Origin: a bacterium
GTDB taxonomy: Bacteria; CLD3; SB21
Assembly (NCBI GenBank): GCA_013360215.1
Contig: JABWCP010000006.1
Coordinates: forward strand, 148,711-168,710
DNA length: 20,000 nucleotides
Direction: 5' to 3'
Shown one piece after another: positions 9,116-16,734 of this stretch. The notes under the pieces were generated by a model that made no database searches, was not told the origin of the DNA, and saw only the letters and a list, made by a program, of their open reading frames with translations. The position numbers and the translations under genes are program-made. Position 1 is the stretch's first letter. The number at the start of each line of letters is the position of its first letter.

Positions 9116-9448
9116 TTATACGTTGAGGTTGTCTAAATTATTCAGCATTTGTACACCGTGTACGAGCGTGATGCCGGCCATCATGGCGGAGGCGACGTGT
9201 ACCGCTTCGGTCATTTGGTCGGGGCTTGCACCGCATTCGAGGCTCTGCGTCGTATAGGCGTCAATACAATAAGGACAGTTTTTAGCATGGGCTACAGCCA
9301 AAGCGATCAGGGCTTTTTCCCGTTTGGTCAATGCGCCGTCTTTGCCGGTAACCTCATTGTAATACGCAAAAAATTTATCCATCAGTTCTTTGCGAAATCT
9401 CCCTACGTCGCCAAATTTTTTAAGGTCTTCACTTTCGTAGTAATTCAT
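9116..9448 (-). CDS. AhpD/carboxymuconolactone decarboxylase family protein (arsenosugar-cluster-associated peroxidase-like)
   Basis: GALTKREKALIALAVAHAKNCPYCIDAY (CxxC) and EAVHVA..M.AG.TLVHGVQM. ATG at 9448 (MNYYESEDLKKF) follows GGGAG and gives 110 aa; stop is 5 nt from arsS. Confidence 0.85.
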   Translation of the reverse strand: MNYYESEDLKKFGDVGRFRKELMDKFFAYYNEVTGKDGALTKREKALIALAVAHAKNCPYCIDAYTTQSLECGASPDQMTEAVHVASAMMAGITLVHGVQMLNNLDNLNV

Positions 9449-9547
9449 CTTGGGGCTCCCATGTTGTAAGAATACTGATGAGGAAAAAGGATTAATTTTC
9501 TGAAGACTGAATGATGTAACTCGGAGGTAAAACAAATATTCCCATGT

Positions 9548-10714
9548 TTATTTGTTATCCACCTGCGATTCGATGACGGATTGGATTTCTGCAGGTACGC
9601 GATTGAGGAAATCATATCCGGTGGAGGTTTCGATTTGGTCCACGGATGTTCTGTACGATTTCCATGATGTGCTGCGAATACCATCGGTATTGGGCATATC
9701 CACGGCGATCACGCGTGTCAGCGTGGTGACCTGATCGGGTGTGGTTTCCTCATGAGGAAGTACAACAATGATTTTCCATACGCGTACGGGGACGGTGACT
9801 TTACCGGAAGCTATGGTTTTGAGCGAATCATAATGCCCTGACATGATAAAAAGTTCGTTACCTTCACCGGCCAAATCACGGCAATAACTTTCGAGTTCGA
9901 CCCAAGGTCCTTGGTTATTATCCGAAGCCTGAGGAAGTATATTGGTCATGTAAAATGTAGAAACATTATCGGAAGGAACTGCATTGCGATCGCCGGAGGG
10001 GCACATGTGTCCTCGATCATAACCGCTGCCGGTATAGTCACCATCTTTCACAGCATACCAACCCGCCGGCAAAATATCTGTTTTAAAGTTATCTTGACGT
10101 GCTATCGTACCGAGCCAATTTTTATTCAAGTGCCATGCGCACCAGTTGGGGATACGGCGAACATTGTCATAAGACACAGCGTATTGGGAGCGGGCGATCA
10201 GATAGTTACGCGGCGAAGCGATATTTGTTTCGCTTTGACTCGGATTGCCGAGGGAAAGATGCAAATTCGGCGTTTGGCCGGTATCGGCATCAGCTGCGGA
10301 TAGTCGGTATAGTTGTGTTTCGCTGTAGGCGCCGTTTTCACTCAGGATTTTTATGAAATAGGTGCCTACGTTTAAGTGGGGAATATCAATGGATTCTGTG
10401 ACGCCATTGGCGCCGCGGGATAAACCTACAATGGAATCGTGGCTATCCATGAGATAAAGATTATAGTCTTTATCATCCGGAACGGCTAAAGTAACTGCGA
10501 CATGACGCGGCGAACTTAATACAAAACGAAAATAATCTACATCGTCGCTAACGGATACGGTGCCTTGATGAACTTGGGGAAGTCTCGGAAATAAAATCGC
10601 CGTTTCAGGTGTATCATTGCCATCAATGGAATCCAACGGCTCGATTAAATCCGCACACCCCGCTAAAAATGCAGCAATCAATACAACCGGTAACAAGATT
10701 TGGAAGGATTTCAT
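9548..10714 (-). CDS. Lipoprotein DNA/RNA non-specific endonuclease (NucA/EndA type) with N-terminal PPC-like domain
   Basis: Lipobox FLAG|C; PPC-like DVDYFRF...DYNLYL...GTYFIKI; nuclease motifs LSLGNPS, SGYDRGHMCPSGDR, TFYMTNILPQ..NNQGPW..LE and TGYDFL. Confidence 0.9.
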   Translation of the reverse strand: MKSFQILLPVVLIAAFLAGCADLIEPLDSIDGNDTPETAILFPRLPQVHQGTVSVSDDVDYFRFVLSSPRHVAVTLAVPDDKDYNLYLMDSHDSIVGLSRGANGVTESIDIPHLNVGTYFIKILSENGAYSETQLYRLSAADADTGQTPNLHLSLGNPSQSETNIASPRNYLIARSQYAVSYDNVRRIPNWCAWHLNKNWLGTIARQDNFKTDILPAGWYAVKDGDYTGSGYDRGHMCPSGDRNAVPSDNVSTFYMTNILPQASDNNQGPWVELESYCRDLAGEGNELFIMSGHYDSLKTIASGKVTVPVRVWKIIVVLPHEETTPDQVTTLTRVIAVDMPNTDGIRSTSWKSYRTSVDQIETSTGYDFLNRVPAEIQSVIESQVDNK

Positions 10715-10803
10715 ATAAAAAGATAAAAAAACTTATGATTCGTCCAAAGAATTTTTCAAAGCTTTTCTTGTTTCTTAGTTTCAAAATTATTATGATAGCC
10801 CGC

Positions 10804-10841
10804 CTTAATAATCCGCTAATATTTACATAACAAAATTTACA
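10804..10841. promoter_or_regulatory. Candidate PhoB/OmpR-family binding site (11-bp-period direct repeats) in the divergent promoter region
   Basis: TAATA 10806-10810, TAATA 10817-10821 and TAACA 10828-10832 have an exact 11-nt period; ATTTACA also occurs at 10821 and 10835. The region is AT-rich, so chance is possible. Confidence 0.4.
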
Positions 10842-10876
10842 CTTCGATAATTCAAATTTAATAACGAGGAAATACT

Positions 10877-11521
10877 ATGAGGGTAGATCGTATCATCGAG
10901 GCGTTTTTACCACGTGAAGACAAATTTTTTAAACTTTTTGAAGAAACAGCCCAGCACCTGATCACGGCATCGGATCTGATGGTCAAACTGATGAATTGTC
11001 CGGCGGAGGAGCGTTTAGCCGTGAGTCAGGAAATTCATAAATTGGAGCACTTGTGCGACGACACAGCGCATCGGCTTTTTTCCGAGCTGAACGCCACATT
11101 TGTAACGCCGTTTGATCGCGAAGATATTATGATGCTGGCATCGGCACTGGACGACGTCATGGATTTTTTGGACGAAAGCGCGCGACGCATTATACTATAT
11201 AAAATCACTTCTATTCCGGCAAATATGAAACAATTGGCCGACGTGCTCAAAGAATCTATCACCGAGACACATCACGGCGTGAGCCATATTCGGAATATCC
11301 ATAAGACGGATGGTATTCGTAAAACACTGGAACGTATCCATGCCTGTGAAAACAAAGCGGATATGGTTTTTGAAATGGGAATAGCGGACCTTTTTGATAA
11401 TGAAAAAGACCCGATTAATTTGGTCAAGCTCAAAGATATCTATACCAGTCTCGAACGCTCCACGGATAAGTGCGAAGATGTCGCCAACGTGCTCGAAGCG
11501 ATCCTCATCAAGCACGCGTAA
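10877..11521 (+). CDS. DUF47 family PhoU-like phosphate transport regulator
   Basis: LPREDKFFKLF, EHLCD, TFVTPFDREDI..LASALDDVMD, ENKAD and LERSTDKCEDVANVLE; RBS GAGG; directly upstream of a pit gene. Confidence 0.92.
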   Translation: MRVDRIIEAFLPREDKFFKLFEETAQHLITASDLMVKLMNCPAEERLAVSQEIHKLEHLCDDTAHRLFSELNATFVTPFDREDIMMLASALDDVMDFLDESARRIILYKITSIPANMKQLADVLKESITETHHGVSHIRNIHKTDGIRKTLERIHACENKADMVFEMGIADLFDNEKDPINLVKLKDIYTSLERSTDKCEDVANVLEAILIKHA

Positions 11522-11536
11522 AGGGAGATATTGCTC

Positions 11537-12532
11537 ATGATGGAGCTACTTATAATTACGATAGCCTTGGCATTAATCTTTGATTTTATCAATGGCTTTC
11601 ACGATGCGGCCAATTCGATCGCAACCGTCGTTTCCACGCGCGTATTGTCGCCGTTCAAAGCGGTGATTTGGGCGGCGGCATTTAACTTTATTGCGTACTG
11701 GTTTTTTGAATTGCATGTCGCTGATACGGTCGCCAAAACAGTAAAGCCGGAGGGTTTTACTTTGGTCGTTGTTACAGCCGGATTGATCGGTGCGATCATA
11801 TGGAATTTGTTAACATGGTGGTGGGGAATTCCGTCGAGCTCCTCACACACGTTGATGGGCGGTTTCGCCGGTGCGGCTGTGGCATATGCCGGCGGTGATT
11901 TTTCTGTAGTACGCTTGGATAAAGTAACTCCGGTCGTATATTTTATCTTGCTGGCGCCGATTCTCGGTATGTTGGTTTCATATACGATTTCAGTGATTAC
12001 GATTCATATCTGCAAGCGTATGAGTCCCCATAAAGTGGACAAAGTATTTCGTCAATTGCAGTTGTTTTCTTCTGCCGCATTTAGCCTCGGTCATGGTGCC
12101 AACGATGCCCAAAAGGTTATGGGTATTATAGCCGTGGCAATGTATTCACAAAAAGTCATTCCTAGCCTTGATCACATACCGGATTGGGTTCCTTTATCAT
12201 GTCATGCAGCAATTGCGTTTGGGACCATGGCAGGCGGATGGCGTATTGTGAAAACGATGGGACAAAAAGTTACTAAACTCTCTCCGTTTGAGGGCTTTGC
12301 AGCTGAAACGGCCGGAGCAATGACACTTTTTGGAACAGGCATGACAGGTATTCCTGTCAGTACGACGCACACGATTACCGGCTCGATCATCGGCGTAGGC
12401 GTGATCAAACGCGTATCCGCCGTTCGCTGGGGCGTAACTCGCAATCTGCTGTGGGCATGGGTTTTAACCATTCCGATTTCAGGATTGTTTGGCGCGATTT
12501 GTTATTGGATTGCTTCGTTTTTTGTTTCATAA
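11537..12532 (+). CDS. pit: Inorganic phosphate transporter, PiT family
   Basis: Canonical signatures NGFHDAANSIATVV, GIPSSSSH, HGANDAQK, GIPVSTTH and AWVLTIP; ATG 11537 follows GGGAG. Confidence 0.93.
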   Translation: MMELLIITIALALIFDFINGFHDAANSIATVVSTRVLSPFKAVIWAAAFNFIAYWFFELHVADTVAKTVKPEGFTLVVVTAGLIGAIIWNLLTWWWGIPSSSSHTLMGGFAGAAVAYAGGDFSVVRLDKVTPVVYFILLAPILGMLVSYTISVITIHICKRMSPHKVDKVFRQLQLFSSAAFSLGHGANDAQKVMGIIAVAMYSQKVIPSLDHIPDWVPLSCHAAIAFGTMAGGWRIVKTMGQKVTKLSPFEGFAAETAGAMTLFGTGMTGIPVSTTHTITGSIIGVGVIKRVSAVRWGVTRNLLWAWVLTIPISGLFGAICYWIASFFVS

Positions 12533-12561
12533 AACTTCGGATTACAATTTTTATATTCGAT

Positions 12562-12596
12562 AAAAGGCTGCTCGGAAATGAGCAGCCTTTTTTTTT
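12562..12596 (+). terminator. Rho-independent terminator after DUF47-pit
   Basis: AAAAGGCTGCTC-GGAAAT-GAGCAGCCTTTT, a perfect stem followed by a T tract. Confidence 0.9.
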
Positions 12597-12681
12597 GGAT
12601 TTCTTTGTGCTTTTCTTTTTTAAACGCGATGTGTATCATGGGTAATGAATGGATTGGGGATTACATGAATTTGAGGTATGT

Positions 12682-14385
12682 ATGAAAAATAGAAGAAATA
12701 TTTCATATCTGGCTTTGATAGGTATCATCATTTCCTTTTACGGTTGTTCATCCAAATCTCCACGAACAACTCCGCCCAAGCCGCCGCGTCTTATTGTTTT
12801 TATCGCACTAGATCAGTTTCGCTATGACTATCTGACGCGGTTTAGTACGCATTTTGGACCGGACGGATTTAATTACCTCCTCAATGGCGGAGCAAGTTTT
12901 GCCAACTGCTTATATGAACAAGCCACGACGCACACATCGGTGGGGCACGCGACGATGATGAGCGGTACGTTGCCGTATCGGCATGGTATCATTGCCAACT
13001 ATTGGTGGAGCCGCGAATTGCATCGCTATATTTACGCACCGGAAGACACTTTGGCGCCGATACTGGGAATTGAAAAGCAAAAAGCAACAGACGGGCGTTC
13101 GCCGCGCAATTTTAGCGGAATCAATTTTGCCGATGCCTTACGTGAAAAAACGAACGGCCGGGCTAAAGTATTTTCCGTGTCCAATAAAGACCGCTCCGCC
13201 GTATTGATGGGCGGGAAAAATCCCAATGGCGCATATTGGATGGTAAAAAACCGCGGAGGGTTTTATACCAGCACGTATTATATGAAGGACTATCCGGTGT
13301 GGGTAAAGGATTACAATGCTCAAAAACCGGCGGACAAATATTTTGGCATGTCGTGGGACATGCTGCTGGATAAAGAAAAATATCCGGTCATGAAACCGGA
13401 GATACTTCGCTTACTGGATTTGCCGAGTTCGGGTTTTGGGCATAGTTTCCCGCATCCACTCAAAGGATTGACGTCGGACAGACCTGATACGATGTACTAC
13501 AAAGAACTGATCCATACGCCGTTTGCCAGTGAAATGATTTTGGATTTTGCAAAGGCGATTATTCAAAATGAAGCTTTAGGTTCGGACGAGGTTACGGATC
13601 TTCTTTGCATCAGTTTATCGGCCAATGACGAAATAGGGCACAGTTTCGGACCATCGAGTCCGGAGGTGATGGATATCACTGTACGGACCGACCGTTTGCT
13701 GGCGCAGTTTTTTAAGTATATCAATAATGCCGTCAGAGAAGAAGATGTCCTGTATGTGTTGACGTCCGATCATGGTGTTCCTTTTTTCCCGGAAGAAATG
13801 ACCGACCGGGGTGTGACAGCCGCACGGGTTCATCCCCGAAAATTGGCCGCTGTGGCCGATTCGATCATGGCTTTGAAGTACGGAAAATTGCCTCAGGGAA
13901 AACAATACGTTGATCGGATAGCGTACCCGGATTTGTATTTTGACGGCCGTGTTTTGGCGGAAAAAAAGATTGATAAAGAAGAAGCGTCCGATTATATTAG
14001 CGCGGTTTTTGAACAATCGCTGCCGATCATCTATAGAGCGTATTCGGGCACGCGGTTAAAGCGCGGTCTAGTGCCGTCCGATCCTATATCCGAAGCTGTA
14101 CGTAAAAGCTTCCATTCTCGCCTGAGCGGGGATGCCGTGATAGTGCTAAAACCTTTTCACGTATGGGATTCCAATGGCCTAGGAACCGAACATAGTCTTC
14201 CGTATGCGTATGATGCGCAGGTGCCTTTGATATTCAAAGGAAAACGTTGGATCAAAAGCGGATTGTACAAAGACGAAGTCGCACCGACCGACATAGTTCC
14301 CGTTTTGTCGGTGATCACCGGTTGCGAAGATCCGGGCGGTAGAGATGGACAAGTGCCCGATCAGTTATTGAAATTTTCAAAATAG
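12682..14385 (+). CDS. Alkaline phosphatase superfamily lipoprotein, PafA/PhoK type
   Basis: DQFRYDYL, Thr nucleophile region TTHTSVGHAT, GIIANYW, SNKDRSAV, NDEIGHSFGP, TSDHG and GTEH...YDAQVPL. Lipobox FYG|C. ATG 12682 follows GAGG and is preferred over 12649. Confidence 0.88.
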   Translation: MKNRRNISYLALIGIIISFYGCSSKSPRTTPPKPPRLIVFIALDQFRYDYLTRFSTHFGPDGFNYLLNGGASFANCLYEQATTHTSVGHATMMSGTLPYRHGIIANYWWSRELHRYIYAPEDTLAPILGIEKQKATDGRSPRNFSGINFADALREKTNGRAKVFSVSNKDRSAVLMGGKNPNGAYWMVKNRGGFYTSTYYMKDYPVWVKDYNAQKPADKYFGMSWDMLLDKEKYPVMKPEILRLLDLPSSGFGHSFPHPLKGLTSDRPDTMYYKELIHTPFASEMILDFAKAIIQNEALGSDEVTDLLCISLSANDEIGHSFGPSSPEVMDITVRTDRLLAQFFKYINNAVREEDVLYVLTSDHGVPFFPEEMTDRGVTAARVHPRKLAAVADSIMALKYGKLPQGKQYVDRIAYPDLYFDGRVLAEKKIDKEEASDYISAVFEQSLPIIYRAYSGTRLKRGLVPSDPISEAVRKSFHSRLSGDAVIVLKPFHVWDSNGLGTEHSLPYAYDAQVPLIFKGKRWIKSGLYKDEVAPTDIVPVLSVITGCEDPGGRDGQVPDQLLKFSK

Positions 14386-14414
14386 TTCATACATCTAAAC
14401 AGGAGTTCAGTTCA

Positions 14415-14780
14415 ATGCCGGGTTTTCTCACAACAATCAAATATGTGTGCATATACGCATCGGATTTTGACCGTTCATTGGCATTTTATCGTGACGGCCT
14501 CGGCCTCCAGGTAACATACAAAGAAGACGGTTTTGCACAGTTTAATACCGAAGGTACGATACTCACGCTCGAAAAAGACGGGTTTCGTTCCGATGAGCCC
14601 AAAGACTACCGCAAAGTGGGTTTCTTAATCCAATTTGAAGTGGAAGATATCGAAAAAGCGGTTACCGCACTTAAAGCCAAAAATGTGAAATTCACCCAAA
14701 CGATTACAGATAAAGAATTCGGTCGTACGGCGATCATTGTTGATCCGGACGGCAATCAGATCATGTTGCTGGAGCAGTAA
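14415..14780 (+). CDS. VOC (glyoxalase/bleomycin resistance) family protein
   Basis: DFDRSLAFYRDGLGL, FEVEDIE and FGRTAIIVDPDGNQIML; RBS AGGAG. Confidence 0.88.
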   Translation: MPGFLTTIKYVCIYASDFDRSLAFYRDGLGLQVTYKEDGFAQFNTEGTILTLEKDGFRSDEPKDYRKVGFLIQFEVEDIEKAVTALKAKNVKFTQTITDKEFGRTAIIVDPDGNQIMLLEQ

Positions 14781-14838
14781 ACGAATTGCTCGGATTCATT
14801 TTTTTTGGGTGCGAATGTAAAATTTCACAGAGGTTCTC

Positions 14839-15813
14839 ATGGCTAATATTACATATCTCGAAGCCATTTCGATGGGTTTGCGCGAAGAGATGCAGCGCGA
14901 CGGCAATGTATTTCTGATCGGTGAAGACATCGGTGTCTATGGCGGCGCGTTCAAAGTAACCAAAGGATTTATCGACGAGTTTGGCGCCGAGCGTGTTATG
15001 GATACGCCGATTTCCGAAGCCGGTATTATCGGTGTGTGTGTAGGCTCCGCGCTTATGGGGATGCGTCCCGTGGCGGAAATGCAGTTTGCCGATTTTATTT
15101 CCTGCGGATTCAATCAGCTTGTCAATCAGGCCGCTAAAATTCACTACCGATGGGGCGAGGCGGTACCGATGGTCGTTCGTTGTCCCTCGGGCGGTGGCGT
15201 GCACGGCGGTCCTTTTCACTCACAAAATCCCGAAGCATGGTTTTTTCACGTACCGGGATTAAAAGTGGTTTCCCCGTCAACGCCCTACGATGCCAAAGGG
15301 TTGATCAAAGCGGCGATTCGTGACAATAATCCTGTATTATATTTTGAGCACAAGTTTTTGTATCGTCGTATCAAAGGGGAAGTTCCGGAAGACGACTACA
15401 TCGTGCCGATCGGCAAAGGGGACATCAAGCGCGAAGGTAAAGACATGACGGTCGTGGCGTACAGTTCGGCTGTGCATTGGGCGCTCGAAGCGGCAGAGAT
15501 CATCGAAAAAGAGGGCGTCAGCGTCGAAGTGCTCGATCTGCGCAGCATTTTACCGTACGATAAGGAACTGATTCTCCAATCGGTTCGCAAAACCAATCGA
15601 GTCATCGTCGCTCACGAAGCTACGCTAACCGGCGGGGTCGGTGGCGATATTGCAGCGTTCATCACCGAACACGCTTTTGAATCGCTCGATGCGCCGGTGA
15701 AACGACTTGCGGCGATTGATACACCCGTGCCGTACAGCCCGCCACTCGAAGCATATTTCCTTCCCAACAAGGACAAAATGCTGGCGATGATGCGCGAGCT
15801 CGCGGCTTACTGA
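14839..15813 (+). CDS. 2-oxoacid dehydrogenase E1 beta subunit
   Basis: GEDIGVYGGAFKVT, DTPISE, EMQFADF, GGPFHSQNPEAWF, FEHK, DLRSI and PVPYSPPLE. Confidence 0.95.
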   Translation: MANITYLEAISMGLREEMQRDGNVFLIGEDIGVYGGAFKVTKGFIDEFGAERVMDTPISEAGIIGVCVGSALMGMRPVAEMQFADFISCGFNQLVNQAAKIHYRWGEAVPMVVRCPSGGGVHGGPFHSQNPEAWFFHVPGLKVVSPSTPYDAKGLIKAAIRDNNPVLYFEHKFLYRRIKGEVPEDDYIVPIGKGDIKREGKDMTVVAYSSAVHWALEAAEIIEKEGVSVEVLDLRSILPYDKELILQSVRKTNRVIVAHEATLTGGVGGDIAAFITEHAFESLDAPVKRLAAIDTPVPYSPPLEAYFLPNKDKMLAMMRELAAY

Positions 15814-15822
15814 TCGAACATC

Positions 15823-16497
15823 ATGCAGAAACGTTGGTTTAATATACTTTCAATAATTTCACTGGTACTCTTTGGTGCCGGTGATTTTATTTTGAAGGCC
15901 TCGGATAAAGGCGAGGGACAGGAACTTCATGCAAACCGTTTTCTTGCGGATGCTTTGGAGGACGCCCGTCATAATTATGCAGGTCGCACCATTCCCGCAT
16001 CGGCTGTCGTGAAGTTTGAAGTATATCGCGGTTTTCTTGCGGATATCAATAAAGACGGCGAATCCGAATATATCGTGGCCGGCACGATTACGGGCCTGGA
16101 TATCAATTACGTCATGGTGTATCTGTGGAAGAACGAAAAATGGCTCTGTACTGTGCTCAATAGCGGTCTCGGCGGAGGCATTGCCGACTTACAGTTGTTG
16201 GATGTGAATCAGGACGGCACAGAGGAAATATATTCGGTCATCAAAGACGAAAAACAAAAACAACACTGCCGTATCGACGGATTTTGTAAAGACCTGAGCA
16301 GCGAATTGTCACCGATGTTTTGTTGGAATGCAGAAGATGGAATGAGCATTTCACAAAACATTCTGCTCATCGAAAAAAGCGGGATGCGCTGTGTGCGGGT
16401 GGACGAAATCCGGTATCCGGAATCGGAAGACGGAGATATCCAGCAACAAACGTATTATTATGTATATGAAAACGGAAAATTTGTACGGGGACAATAG
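15823..16497 (+). CDS. Exported hypothetical protein with two FG-GAP-like DxNxDG motifs
   Basis: Hydrophobic N-terminus; ADINKDGESEY and LDVNQDGTEEI; 224 aa, tightly packed after E1-beta. Confidence 0.6.
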   Translation: MQKRWFNILSIISLVLFGAGDFILKASDKGEGQELHANRFLADALEDARHNYAGRTIPASAVVKFEVYRGFLADINKDGESEYIVAGTITGLDINYVMVYLWKNEKWLCTVLNSGLGGGIADLQLLDVNQDGTEEIYSVIKDEKQKQHCRIDGFCKDLSSELSPMFCWNAEDGMSISQNILLIEKSGMRCVRVDEIRYPESEDGDIQQQTYYYVYENGKFVRGQ

Positions 16498-16506
16498 AGG
16501 TGTAAT

Positions 16507-16710
16507 ATGAAAATGTTGTGGCTTGTAAAGTTATATTGGATATGGATAGTTCTCGGCCTGATTATTTTAATTCCGGCTGTTATCCCTCCGGGACTGGACA
16601 TGTTCAATGCATTCTTTGGCTTTGCGGTAGTAGTTGTCGGATTGGTTTTTCGACGTGCGATGCAAAGCGATACGCTTCGCCAGCGCATTGATCGCAATTT
16701 GAATTCGTAA
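16507..16710 (+). CDS. Small membrane protein with two TM helices
   Basis: RBS GAGGTG; two hydrophobic segments and a basic C-tail; fills the gap between co-oriented genes. Confidence 0.55.
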   Translation: MKMLWLVKLYWIWIVLGLIILIPAVIPPGLDMFNAFFGFAVVVVGLVFRRAMQSDTLRQRIDRNLNS

Positions 16711-16734
16711 CATTTTATTTATAGGAATTTATTC

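Noticed and set aside
9449-9535. ORF-track N-terminal extension of the AhpD-like gene, and similar extensions at 6921-6935 and 12649-12681
   Set aside because: Internal ATGs have better RBS spacing and match the expected family or signal-peptide starts.
14415-14780. VOC protein as the C-As lyase ArsI
   Set aside because: It lacks the vicinal Cys-Cys pair and the N-terminal metal-binding His expected for ArsI, and has only one Cys.
14761-15219. Antisense and alternate-frame ORFs, e.g. 14761-15219, 13615-14016, 18504-18932, 9911-10303
   Set aside because: They overlap well-supported genes almost entirely and carry no recognisable motifs, so they are shadow ORFs.
14839-15813. Specific symbols pdhA/pdhB or bkdA for the E1 subunits
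   Set aside because: Substrate specificity cannot be determined by eye, and no E2/E3 genes are in the window.
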